A stretch of DNA of 64,000 nt from Eledone cirrhosa (Eukaryota). Below the pieces are notes generated by a model, which saw nothing but the letters and a program-made list of their open reading frames with translations, was not told where the DNA came from and did not search any database. The stretch covers positions 136,896,001 through 136,960,000 of the forward strand of contig OZ024743.1 in NCBI GenBank assembly GCA_964016885.1, given 5' to 3'. Positions 1-11,900 of the stretch are shown piece by piece. Both the position numbers and the translations under genes were made by a program. The stretch's first letter is position 1. Each line of letters starts with the position of its first letter.

Positions 1-3000
1 GGTGTTTGGTGTTTGGTGCTTGGTGTTTGGTGTTTGGTGCTTGGTGTTTGGGGCTTTTTGCTTGGTGCTTGGTGCTTGGTGTTTGGTGCTGGGTGCTTGG
101 TGCTTGGTGTTTGGTGTTATATGCTTGGTGTTTGATGCTTGGTGCTTGGTGCTTGGTGTTTGGTGTTTGGTGCTTGGTACTTGGTGCTTGGTGCTTGGTG
201 TTAGGTGTTTGGTGCTTGGTGCTTGGTGTCTGGTTTTTGGTGCTTGGTGCTTGGTGTTTGGTGTTTGGTGCTTGCTGCTGGCTGCTTGGTGTTTGGTGCT
301 TGGTGATTGGTGCTTGGTGTTTGGTGCTTGGTGTTTGGTGTTTGGTGCTTGGTGATTGGTGTTTGTACTTGGTGCTTGGTGCTTGGTTCTTGGTGTTTGG
401 TGCTTGGTGCTTGGTGTTTGGTGTTATATGCTTGGTGTTTGATGCTTAGTGCTTGGTGCTTGGTGTTTGGTGTTTGGTGTTTGATGCTTGGTGCTTGGTG
501 TTTGGTGCTTGGTGCTTGGTGTTTGTACTTGGTGCTTGGTGCTTGGTGCTTGGTGTTTGGTGCTTGGTGCTTGGTGCTTGGTGCTTGGTCCTTGGTGCTT
601 GGTGTTTGGTGGTTGGTGTTTGGTGCTTGGTGTTAGGTGTTTGGTGCTTGGTGCTTGGTGTTTGGTGTTTGGTGCTTGGTGTTTGGTGTTTGGTGCTTGG
701 TGTTTGGTGCTTGGTACTTGGTGCTTGGTGCTTGGTGTTAGGTGTTTGGTGCTTGGTGTTTGGTGCTTGGTGTTTGGTGCTTGGTGCTTGGTGCTTGGTG
801 CTTGGTGTTTGGTGGTTGGTGTTTGGTGCTTGGTGTTTGCTGCTTGGTGTTAGGTGTTTGGTGCTTGGTGCTTCGTGTTTGGTGTTTGGTGCTTGGTGTT
901 TGGTGTTTGGTGCTTGGTGTTTGGGGCTTTTTGCTTGGTGCTTGGTGCTTGGTGTTTGGTGCTGGGTGCTTGGTGCTTGGTGTTTGGTGTTATATGCTTG
1001 GTGTTTGATGCTTGGTGCTTGGTGCTTGGTGTTTGGTGTTTGGTGCTTGGTGTTTGATGCTTGGTGCTTGGTGCTTGGTGTTTGGTGCTTGGTGCTTGGT
1101 GTTTGGTGCTTGGTGCTTGGTGTTTGGTGCTTGGTGTTTGGTGCTTGGTGCTTGGTGTTTGGTGGTTGGTGCTTGGTGCTTGGTGTTAGGTGTTTGGTGC
1201 TTGGTGCTTGGTGTCTGGTTTTTGGTGCTTGGTGCTTGGTGTTTGGTGCTTGTTGCTGGCTGCTTGGTGTTTGGTGCTTGGTGATTGGTGCTTGGTGTTT
1301 GGTGCTTGGTGTTTGGTGTTTGGTGCTTGGTGTTTGTACTTGGTGTTTGGTGCTTGGTGTTTGGTGCTAGGTGCTTGGTGTTTGGTGCTTGGTGCTTGGT
1401 GTTTGGTGCCTGGTGCTTGGTGTTTGGTGTTTGGTGTTTGGTGCTTGGTGCTTGGTGTTTGGTGTTTGCTGTTTGCTGTTTGGTGTTTGTTGTTTGGTGT
1501 TTGTTGTTTGGTGTTTGCTGTTTGGTGTTTGGTGTTTGCTTTTTGGTGTTTGGTGTTTGATGTATGTTGTTTGCTGTTTGGTGTTTGGTGTTTGGTGTTT
1601 GGTGCTTGGTGCTTGGTGTTTGGTGCTTGGTGCTTGGTGTTTGGTGCCTGGTGCTTGGTGCATGGTGCTTGGTGTTTGGTGTTTGGTGCTTGGTGCTTGG
1701 AGTTTGGTGTTTGGTGCTTGGTGCTTGGTGTTTCGTGTTTCGTGTTTGGTTTTTGGTGCTTGGTGCTTGGTGCTTGGTCCTTGGTGTTTGGTGCTGGGTG
1801 CATTGTGTTTGGTGCTTGGCGCTTGGTGCTTGGTGCTTGGTGTTTGGTGCTTGGTGCTTGGTGCTTGGTGCTTGGTCCTTGGTGCTTGGTGTTTGGTGGT
1901 TGGTGTTTGGTGCTTGGTGTTAGGTGTTTGGTGCTTGGTGCTTGGTGTTTGGTGTTTGGTGCTTGGTGTTTGGTGTTTGGTGCTTGGTGTTTGGTGCTTG
2001 GTACTTGGTGCTTGGTGCTTGGTGTTAGGTGTTTGGTGCTTGGTGTTTGGTGCTTGGTGTTTGGTGCTTGGTGCTTGGTGCTTGGTGCTTGGTGTTTGGT
2101 GGTTGGTGTTTGGTGCTTGGTGTTTGGTGCTTGGTGTTAGGTGTTTGGTGCTTGGTGCTTGGTGTTTGGTGTTTGGTGCTTGGTGTTTGGTGTTTGGTGC
2201 TTGGTGTTTGGGGCTTTTTGCTTGGTGCTTGGTGCTTGGTGTTTGGTGCTGGGTGCTTGGTGCTTGGTGTTTGGTGTTATATGCTTGGTGTTTGATGCTT
2301 GGTGCTTGGTGCTTGGTGTTTGGTGTTTGGTGCTTGGTGTTTGATGCTTGGTGCTTGGTGCTTGGTGTTTGGTGCTTGGTGCTTGGTGTTTGGTGCTTGG
2401 TGCTTGGTGTTTGGTGCTTGGTGTTTGGTGCTTGGTGCTTGGTGTTTGGTGGTTGGTGCTTGGTGCTTGATGTTAGGTGTTTGGTGCTTGGTGCTTGGTG
2501 TCTGGTTTTTGGTGCTTGGTGCTTGGTGTTTGGTGCTTGTTGCTGGCTGCTTGGTGTTTGGTGCTTGGTGATTGGTGCTTGGTGTTTGGTGCTTGGTGTT
2601 TGGTGTTTGGTGCTTGGTGTTTGTACTTGGTGTTTGGTGCTTGGTGTTTGGTGCTAGGTGCTTGGTGTTTGGTGCTTGGTGCTTGGTGTTTGGTGCCTGG
2701 TGCTTGGTGTTTGGTGTTTGGTGTTTGGTGCTTGGTGCTTGGTGTTTGGTGTTTGCTGTTTGCTGTTTGGTGTTTGTTGTTTGGTGTTTGATGTTTGGTG
2801 TTTGCTGTTTGGTGTTTGGTGTTTGCTTTTTGGTGTTTGGTGTTTGATGTATGTTGTTTGCTGTTTGGTGTTTGGTGTTTGGTGTTTGGTGCTTGGTGCT
2901 TGGTGTTTGGTGCTTGGTGCTTGGTGTTTGGTGCCTGGTGCTTGGTGTTTGGTGTTTGTTGCTTGGTGCTTGGAGTTTGGTGTTTGGTGCTTGGTGCTTG

Positions 3001-6000
3001 GTGTTTCGTGTTTCGTGTTTGGTGCTTGGTGCTTGGTGCTTGGTCCTTGGTGTTTGGTGCTGGGTGCATTGTGTTTGGTGCTTGGTGCTTGGTGCTTGGT
3101 GCTTGGTGTTTGGTGTTTGCTGCTTGGTGTTTGATGCTTGGTGCTTGGTGCTTGGTGTTTTGTGTTTGGTGCTTGGTGGTTGGTGCTTGGTGTTTGGTGC
3201 TTGGTGCTTGGTGCTTGGTGTTTTGTGTTTGGTGCTTGGTGCTTGGTGTTTGGTGCTTGGTGCTGGCTGGTTGGTGTTTGGTGCTTGGTGTTTGGTGCTG
3301 GGTGCTTGGTGTTTGGTGCTGGGTGCTTGGTGTTTGGTGCTTGGTGCTTGGTGTTTGGTGCTTGGTGCTGGGTGGTTGGTGTTTGGTGCTTGGTGTTTGG
3401 TGCTGGGTGCTTGGTGTTTGGTGCTGGGTGCTTGGTGTTTGGTGCTTGGTGCTTGGTCTTTGGTGCTTGGTGTTTGGTGCTTGGTGCTTGGTGCTTGGTG
3501 TTTGGTGCTTGGTGCTTGGTGTTTGGTGCTTGGTGCTTGGTGTTTGGTTTTTGGTGCTTGGTGCTTGGTGTTTGGTGTTTGGTGCTTGCTGCTGGCTGCT
3601 TGGTGTTTGATGCATGGTGATTGGTGCTTGGTGTTTGGTGCTTGGTGTTTGGTGTTTGATGCTTGGTGCTTGGTGCTTGGTGTTTGGTGCTTGGTGCTTG
3701 GTGTTTGGTGCTTGGTGCTTGGTGTTTGGTGCTTGGTGTTTGGTGCTTGGTGTTTGGTGCTTGGTGCTTGGTGCTTGGTGCTTGGTGTTTGGTGGTTGGT
3801 GCTTGGTGCTTGGTGTTAGTTGTTTGGTGCTTGGTGCTTGGTGTTTGGTGTTTGGTGCTTGGTGTTTGGTGTTTGGTGCTTGGTGTTTGGTGCTTGGTAC
3901 TTGGTGCTTGGTGCTTGGTGTTAGGTGTTTGGTGCTTGGTGCTTGGTGTCTGGTTTTTGGTGCTTGGTGCTTGGTGTTTGGTGTTTGGTGCTTGCTGCTG
4001 GCTGCTTGGTGTTTGGTGCTTGGTGATTGGTGCTTGGTGTTTGGTGCTTGGTGTTTGGTGTTTGGTGCTTGGTGATTGGTGTTTGTACTTGGTGCTTGGT
4101 GCTTGGTTCTTGGTGTTTGGTGCTTGGTGCTTGGTATTTGGTGTTATATGCTTGGTGTTTGATGCTTGGTGCTTGGTGCTTGGTGTTTGGTGTTTGGTGT
4201 TTGATGCTTGGTGCTTGGTGTTTGGTGCTTGGTGCTTGGTGTTTGTACTTGGTGCTTGGTGCTTGGTGCTTGGTGTTTGGTGCTTGGTGCTTGGTGCTTG
4301 GTGCTTGGTCCTTGGTGCTTGGTGTTTGGTGGTTGGTGTTTGGTGCTTGGTGTTAGGTGTTTGGTGCTTGGTGCTTGGTGTTTGGTGTTTGGTGCTTGGT
4401 GTTTGGTGTTTGGTGCTTGGTGTTTGGTGCTTGGTACTTGGTGCTTGGTGCTTGGTGTTAGGTGTTTGGTGCTTGGTGTTTGGTGCTTGGTGTTTGGTGC
4501 TTGGTGCTTGGTGCTTGGTGCTTGGTGTTTGGTGGTTGGTGTTTGGTGCTTGGTGTTTGGTGCTTGGTGTTAGGTGTTTGGTGCTTGGTGCTTGGTGTTT
4601 GGTGTTTGGTGCTTGGTGTTTGGTGTTTGGTGCTTGGTGTTTGGGGCTTTTTGCTTGGTGCTTGGTGCTTGGTGTTTGGTGCTGGGTGCTTGGTGCTTGG
4701 TGTTTGGTGTTATATGCTTGGTGTTTGATGCTTGGTGCTTGGTGCTTGGTGTTTGGTGTTTGGTGCTTGGTGTTTGATGCTTGGTGCTTGGTGCTTGGTG
4801 TTTGGTGCTTGGTGCTTGGTGTTTGGTGCTTGGTGCTTGGTGTTTGGTGCTTGGTGTTTGGTGCTTGGTGCTTGGTGTTTGGTGGTTGGTGCTTGGTGCT
4901 TGATGTTAGGTGTTTGGTGCTTGGTGCTTGGTGTCTGGTTTTTGGTGCTTGGTGCTTGGTGTTTGGTGCTTGTTGCTGGCTGCTTGGTGTTTGGTGCTTG
5001 GTGATTGGTGCTTGGTGTTTGGTGCTTGGTGTTTGGTGTTTGGTGCTTGGTGTTTGTACTTGGTGTTTGGTGCTTGGTGTTTGGTGCTAGGTGCTTGGTG
5101 TTTGGTGCTTGGTGCTTGGTGTTTGGTGCCTGGTGCTTGGTGTTTGGTGTTTGGTGTTTGGTGCTTGGTGCTTGGTGTTTGGTGTTTGCTGTTTGCTGTT
5201 TGGTGTTTGTTGTTTGGTGTTTGTTGTTTGGTGTTTGCTGTTTGGTGTTTGGTGTTTACTTTTTGGTGTTTGGTGTTTGATGTATGTTGTTTGCTGTTTG
5301 GTGTTTGGTGTTTGGTGTTTGGTGCTTGGTGCTTGGTGTTTGGTGCTTGGTGCTTGGTGTTTGGTGCCTGGTGCTTGGTGTTTGGTGTTTGTTGCTTGGT
5401 GCTTGGAGTTTGGTGTTTGGTGCTTGGTGCTTGGTGTTTCGTGTTTCGTGTTTGGTGCTTGGTGCTTGGTGCTTGGTCCTTGGTGTTTGGTACTGGGTGC
5501 ATTGTGTTTGGTGCTTGGTGCTTGGTGCTTGGTGCTTGGTGTTTGGTGTTTGCTGCTTGGTGTTTGATGCTTGTTGCTTGGTGCTTGGTGTTTTGTGTTT
5601 GGTGCTTGCTGCTGGCTGCTTGGTGTTTGATGCATGGTGATTGGTGCTTGGTGTTTGGTGCTTGGTGTTTGGTGTTTGATGCTTGGTGCTTGGTGCTTGG
5701 TGTTTGGTGCTTGGTGCTTGGTGTTTGGTGCTTGGTGCTTGGTGTTTGGTGCTTGGTGTTTGGTGCTTGGTGTTTGGTGCTTGGTGCTTGGTGCTTGGTG
5801 CTTGGTGTTTGGTGGTTGGTGCTTGGTGCTTGGTGTTAGTTGTTTGGTGCTTGGTGCTTGGTGTTTGGTGTTTGGTGCTTGGTGTTTGGTGTTTGGTGCT
5901 TGGTGTTTGGTGCTTGGTACTTGGTGCTTGGTGCTTGGTGTTAGGTGTTTGGTGCTTGGTGCTTGGTGTCTGGTTTTTGGTGCTTGGTGCTTGGTGTTTG

Positions 6001-8941
6001 GTGTTTGGTGCTTGCTGCTGGCTGCTTGGTGTTTGGTGCTTGGTGATTGGTGCTTGGTGTTTGGTGCTTGGTGTTTGGTGTTTGGTGCTTGGTGATTGGT
6101 GTTTGTACTTGGTGCTTGGTGCTTGGTTCTTGGTGTTTGGTGCTTGGTGCTTGGTATTTGGTGTTATATGCTTGGTGTTTGATGCTTGGTGCTTGGTGCT
6201 TGGTGTTTGGTGTTTGGTGTTTGATGCTTGGTGCTTGGTGTTTGGTGCTTGGTGCTTGGTGTTTGTACTTGGTGCTTGGTGCTTGGTGCTTGGTGTTTGG
6301 TGCTTGGTGCTTGGTGCTTGGTGCTTGGTCCTTGGTGCTTGGTGTTTGGTGGTTGGTGTTTGGTGCTTGGTGTTAGGTGTTTGGTGCTTGGTGCTTGGTG
6401 TTTGGTGTTTGGTGCTTGGTGTTTGGTGTTTGGTGCTTGGTGTTTGGTGCTTGGTACTTGGTGCTTGGTGCTTGGTGTTAGGTGTTTGGTGCTTGGTGTT
6501 TGGTGCTTGGTGTTTGGTGCTTGGTGCTTGGTGCTTGGTGCTTGGTGTTTGGTGGTTGGTGTTTGGTGCTTGGTGTTTGGTGCTTGGTGTTAGGTGTTTG
6601 GTGCTTGGTGCTTGGTGTTTGGTGTTTGGTGCTTGGTGTTTGGTGTTTGGTGCTTGGTGTTTGGGGCTTTTTGCTTGGTGCTTGGTGCTTGGTGTTTGGT
6701 GCTGGGTGCTTGGTGCTTGGTGTTTGGTGTTATATGCTTGGTGTTTGATGCTTGGTGCTTGGTGCTTGGTGTTTGGTGTTTGGTGCTTGGTGTTTGATGC
6801 TTGGTGCTTGGTGCTTGGTGTTTGGTGCTTGGTGCTTGGTGTTTGGTGCTTGGTGCTTGGTGTTTGGTGCTTGGTGTTTGGTGCTTGGTGCTTGGTGTTT
6901 GGTGGTTGGTGCTTGGTGCTTGATGTTAGGTGTTTGGTGCTTGGTGCTTGGTGTCTGGTTTTTGGTGCTTGGTGCTTGGTGTTTGGTGCTTGTTGCTGGC
7001 TGCTTGGTGTTTGGTGCTTGGTGATTGGTGCTTGGTGTTTGGTGCTTGGTGTTTGGTGTTTGGTGCTTGGTGTTTGTACTTGGTGTTTGGTGCTTGGTGT
7101 TTGGTGCTAGGTGCTTGGTGTTTGGTGCTTGGTGCTTGGTGTTTGGTGCCTGGTGCTTGGTGTTTGGTGTTTGGTGTTTGGTGCTTGGTGCTTGGTGTTT
7201 GGTGTTTGCTGTTTGCTGTTTGGTGTTTGTTGTTTGGTGTTTGTTGTTTGGTGTTTGCTGTTTGGTGTTTGGTGTTTGCTTTTTGGTGTTTGGTGTTTGA
7301 TGTATGTTGTTTGCTGTTTGGTGTTTGGTGTTTGGTGTTTGGTGCTTGGTGCTTGGTGTTTGGTGCTTGGTGCTTGGTGTTTGGTGCCTGGTGCTTGGTG
7401 TTTGGTGTTTGTTGCTTGGTGCTTGGAGTTTGGTGTTTGGTGCTTGGTGCTTGGTGTTTCGTGTTTCGTGTTTGGTGCTTGGTGCTTGGTGCTTGGTCCT
7501 TGGTGTTTGGTACTGGGTGCATTGTGTTTGGTGCTTGGTGCTTGGTGCTTGGTGCTTGGTGTTTGGTGTTTGCTGCTTGGTGTTTGATGCTTGTTGCTTG
7601 GTGCTTGGTGTTTTGTGTTTGGTGCTTGCTGGTTGGTGCTTGGTGTTTGGTGCTTGGTGCTTGGTGCTTGGTGTTTTGTGTTTGGTGCTTGGTGCTTGGT
7701 GTTTGGTGCTTGGTGCTGGGTGGTTCGTGTTTGGTGCTTGGTGTTTGGTGCTGGGTGCTTGGTGTTTGGTGCTGGGTGCTTGGTGTTTGGTGCTTGGTGC
7801 TTGGTCTTTGGTGCTTGGTGTTTGGTGCTTGGTGCTTGGTGCTTGGTGTTTGGTGCTTGGTGCTTGGTGTTTGGTGCTTGGTGCTTGGTGTTTGGTTTTT
7901 GGTGCTTGGTGCTTGGTGTTTGGTGTTTGGTGCTTGCTGCTGGCTGCTTGGTGTTTGATGCATGGTGATTGGTGCTTGGTGTTTGGTGCTTGGTGTTTGG
8001 TGTTTGATGCTTGGTGCTTGGTGCTTGGTGTTTGGTGCTTGGTGCTTGGTGTTTGGTGCTTGGTGCTTGGTGTTTGGTGCTTGGTGTTTGGTGCTTGGTG
8101 TTTGGTGCTTGGTGCTTGGTGCTTGGTGCTTGGTGTTTGGTGGTTGGTGCTTGGTGCTTGGTGTTAGTTGTTTGGTGCTTGGTGCTTGGTGTTTGGTGTT
8201 TGGTGCTTGGTGTTTGGTGTTTGGTGCTTGGTGTTTGGTGCTTGGTACTTGGTGCTTGGTGCTTGGTGTTAGGTGTTTGGTGCTTGGTGCTTGGTGTCTG
8301 GTTTTTGGTGCTTGGTGCTTGGTGTTTGGTGTTTGGTGCTTGCTGCTGGCTGCTTGGTGTTTGGTGCTTGGTGATTGGTGCTTGGTGTTTGGTGCTTGGT
8401 GTTTGGTGTTTGGTGCTTGGTGATTGGTGTTTGTACTTGGTGCTTGGTGCTTGGTTCTTGGTGTTTGGTGCTTGGTGCTTGGTATTTGGTGTTATATGCT
8501 TGGTGTTTGATGCTTGGTGCTTGGTGCTTGGTGTTTGGTGTTTGGTGTTTGATGCTTGGTGCTTGGTGTTTGGTGCTTGGTGCTTGGTGTTTGTACTTGG
8601 TGCTTGGTGCTTGGTGCTTGGTGTTTGGTGCTTGGTGCTTGGTGCTTGGTGCTTGGTCCTTGGTGCTTGGTGTTTGGTGGTTGGTGTTTGGTGCTTGGTG
8701 TTAGGTGTTTGGTGCTTGGTGCTTGGTGTTTGGTGTTTGGTGCTTGGTGTTTGGTGTTTGGTGCTTGGTGTTTGGTGCTTGGTACTTGGTGCTTGGTGCT
8801 TGGTGTTAGGTGTTTGGTGCTTGGTGTTTGGTGCTTGGTGTTTGGTGCTTGGTGCTTGGTGCTTGGTGCTTGGTGTTTGGTGGTTGGTGTTTGGTGCTTG
8901 GTGTTTGGTGCTTGGTGTTAGGTGTTTGGTGCTTGGTGCTT
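1..8941. repeat. Higher-order super-unit A (8,941 bp, true left edge outside the window)
   Basis: Landmark GGGGCTTTTTG lies at 50, 923, 2210, 4643, 6663 and 8991 (spacings 873, 1287, 2433, 2020, 2328; sum 8941). Identical ORF translations recur at +8941 (1186..1803 vs 10127..10744) and at +10368 (4906..5502 vs 15274..15870; 6926..7963 vs 17294..18331). Confidence 0.93.
1452..1598. repeat. Representative 147-bp 'T-island' sub-repeat (21 consecutive T-ending monomers rich in position-4 variants), about 28 dispersed copies
   Basis: The stretch parses as 21 monomers all ending in T, 9 of them with position-4 G replaced (TTGCTGT x4, TTGTTGT x2, TTGCTTT, TTGATGT, ATGTTGT). Copies start at 1452, 2739, 5172, 7192, 10393, 11680, 13107, 15540, 17560, 19888, 25400, 26687, 28114, 30547, 32567, 37116, 38620, 43429, 47518, 50419, 52602, 54140 and 57817. 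A second subtype lies near 20830, 33505, 54610, 59850 and 62815. Confidence 0.88.
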
Positions 8942-11900
8942 GGTGTTTGGTGTTTGGTGCTTGGTGTTTGGTGTTTGGTGCTTGGTGTTTGGGGCTTTTT
9001 GCTTGGTGCTTGGTGCTTGGTGTTTGGTGCTGGGTGCTTGGTGCTTGGTGTTTGGTGTTATATGCTTGGTGTTTGATGCTTGGTGCTTGGTGCTTGGTGT
9101 TTGGTGTTTGGTGCTTGGTACTTGGTGCTTGGTGCTTGGTGTTAGGTGTTTGGTGCTTGGTGCTTGGTGTCTGGTTTTTGGTGCTTGGTGCTTGGTGTTT
9201 GGTGTTTGGTGCTTGCTGCTGGCTGCTTGGTGTTTGGTGCTTGGTGATTGGTGCTTGGTGTTTGGTGCTTGGTGTTTGGTGTTTGGTGCTTGGTGATTGG
9301 TGTTTGTACTTGGTGCTTGGTGCTTGGTTCTTGGTGTTTGGTGCTTGGTGCTTGGTGTTTGGTGTTATATGCTTGGTGTTTGATGCTTAGTGCTTGGTGC
9401 TTGGTGTTTGGTGTTTGGTGTTTGATGCTTGGTGCTTGGTGTTTGGTGCTTGGTGCTTGGTGTTTGTACTTGGTGCTTGGTGCTTGGTGCTTGGTGTTTG
9501 GTGCTTGGTGCTTGGTGCTTGGTGCTTGGTCCTTGGTGCTTGGTGTTTGGTGGTTGGTGTTTGGTGCTTGGTGTTAGGTGTTTGGTGCTTGGTGCTTGGT
9601 GTTTGGTGTTTGGTGCTTGGTGTTTGGTGTTTGGTGCTTGGTGTTTGGTGCTTGGTACTTGGTGCTTGGTGCTTGGTGTTAGGTGTTTGGTGCTTGGTGT
9701 TTGGTGCTTGGTGTTTGGTGCTTGGTGCTTGGTGCTTGGTGCTTGGTGTTTGGTGGTTGGTGTTTGGTGCTTGGTGTTTGCTGCTTGGTGTTAGGTGTTT
9801 GGTGCTTGGTGCTTCGTGTTTGGTGTTTGGTGCTTGGTGTTTGGTGTTTGGTGCTTGGTGTTTGGGGCTTTTTGCTTGGTGCTTGGTGCTTGGTGTTTGG
9901 TGCTGGGTGCTTGGTGCTTGGTGTTTGGTGTTATATGCTTGGTGTTTGATGCTTGGTGCTTGGTGCTTGGTGTTTGGTGTTTGGTGCTTGGTGTTTGATG
10001 CTTGGTGCTTGGTGCTTGGTGTTTGGTGCTTGGTGCTTGGTGTTTGGTGCTTGGTGCTTGGTGTTTGGTGCTTGGTGTTTGGTGCTTGGTGCTTGGTGTT
10101 TGGTGGTTGGTGCTTGGTGCTTGGTGTTAGGTGTTTGGTGCTTGGTGCTTGGTGTCTGGTTTTTGGTGCTTGGTGCTTGGTGTTTGGTGCTTGTTGCTGG
10201 CTGCTTGGTGTTTGGTGCTTGGTGATTGGTGCTTGGTGTTTGGTGCTTGGTGTTTGGTGTTTGGTGCTTGGTGTTTGTACTTGGTGTTTGGTGCTTGGTG
10301 TTTGGTGCTAGGTGCTTGGTGTTTGGTGCTTGGTGCTTGGTGTTTGGTGCCTGGTGCTTGGTGTTTGGTGTTTGGTGTTTGGTGCTTGGTGCTTGGTGTT
10401 TGGTGTTTGCTGTTTGCTGTTTGGTGTTTGTTGTTTGGTGTTTGTTGTTTGGTGTTTGCTGTTTGGTGTTTGGTGTTTGCTTTTTGGTGTTTGGTGTTTG
10501 ATGTATGTTGTTTGCTGTTTGGTGTTTGGTGTTTGGTGTTTGGTGCTTGGTGCTTGGTGTTTGGTGCTTGGTGCTTGGTGTTTGGTGCCTGGTGCTTGGT
10601 GCATGGTGCTTGGTGTTTGGTGTTTGGTGCTTGGTGCTTGGAGTTTGGTGTTTGGTGCTTGGTGCTTGGTGTTTCGTGTTTCGTGTTTGGTTTTTGGTGC
10701 TTGGTGCTTGGTGCTTGGTCCTTGGTGTTTGGTGCTGGGTGCATTGTGTTTGGTGCTTGGCGCTTGGTGCTTGGTGCTTGGTGTTTGGTGCTTGGTGCTT
10801 GGTGCTTGGTGCTTGGTCCTTGGTGCTTGGTGTTTGGTGGTTGGTGTTTGGTGCTTGGTGTTAGGTGTTTGGTGCTTGGTGCTTGGTGTTTGGTGTTTGG
10901 TGCTTGGTGTTTGGTGTTTGGTGCTTGGTGTTTGGTGCTTGGTACTTGGTGCTTGGTGCTTGGTGTTAGGTGTTTGGTGCTTGGTGTTTGGTGCTTGGTG
11001 TTTGGTGCTTGGTGCTTGGTGCTTGGTGCTTGGTGTTTGGTGGTTGGTGTTTGGTGCTTGGTGTTTGGTGCTTGGTGTTAGGTGTTTGGTGCTTGGTGCT
11101 TGGTGTTTGGTGTTTGGTGCTTGGTGTTTGGTGTTTGGTGCTTGGTGTTTGGGGCTTTTTGCTTGGTGCTTGGTGCTTGGTGTTTGGTGCTGGGTGCTTG
11201 GTGCTTGGTGTTTGGTGTTATATGCTTGGTGTTTGATGCTTGGTGCTTGGTGCTTGGTGTTTGGTGTTTGGTGCTTGGTGTTTGATGCTTGGTGCTTGGT
11301 GCTTGGTGTTTGGTGCTTGGTGCTTGGTGTTTGGTGCTTGGTGCTTGGTGTTTGGTGCTTGGTGTTTGGTGCTTGGTGCTTGGTGTTTGGTGGTTGGTGC
11401 TTGGTGCTTGATGTTAGGTGTTTGGTGCTTGGTGCTTGGTGTCTGGTTTTTGGTGCTTGGTGCTTGGTGTTTGGTGCTTGTTGCTGGCTGCTTGGTGTTT
11501 GGTGCTTGGTGATTGGTGCTTGGTGTTTGGTGCTTGGTGTTTGGTGTTTGGTGCTTGGTGTTTGTACTTGGTGTTTGGTGCTTGGTGTTTGGTGCTAGGT
11601 GCTTGGTGTTTGGTGCTTGGTGCTTGGTGTTTGGTGCCTGGTGCTTGGTGTTTGGTGTTTGGTGTTTGGTGCTTGGTGCTTGGTGTTTGGTGTTTGCTGT
11701 TTGCTGTTTGGTGTTTGTTGTTTGGTGTTTGATGTTTGGTGTTTGCTGTTTGGTGTTTGGTGTTTGCTTTTTGGTGTTTGGTGTTTGATGTATGTTGTTT
11801 GCTGTTTGGTGTTTGGTGTTTGGTGTTTGGTGCTTGGTGCTTGGTGTTTGGTGCTTGGTGCTTGGTGTTTGGTGCCTGGTGCTTGGTGTTTGGTGTTTGT

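Noticed and set aside
118-124. TATATGC as a TATA-like promoter element, and ATGCAT palindromes (for example ~3610)
   Set aside because: Both are in-phase variant monomers amplified with the array. There is no downstream gene or other promoter context.
201-206. TTAGG (arthropod telomere pentamer) occurring many times
   Set aside because: It always appears singly, created by the TAGGTG(T/C) variant following a T, and never in tandem. No canonical TTAGGG or TTTAGGG tract was seen.
3365-3380. GCTGGGTGG resembling the E. coli Chi site GCTGGTGG
   Set aside because: It is not an exact match, and the similarity is expected by chance in G/T-rich sequence.
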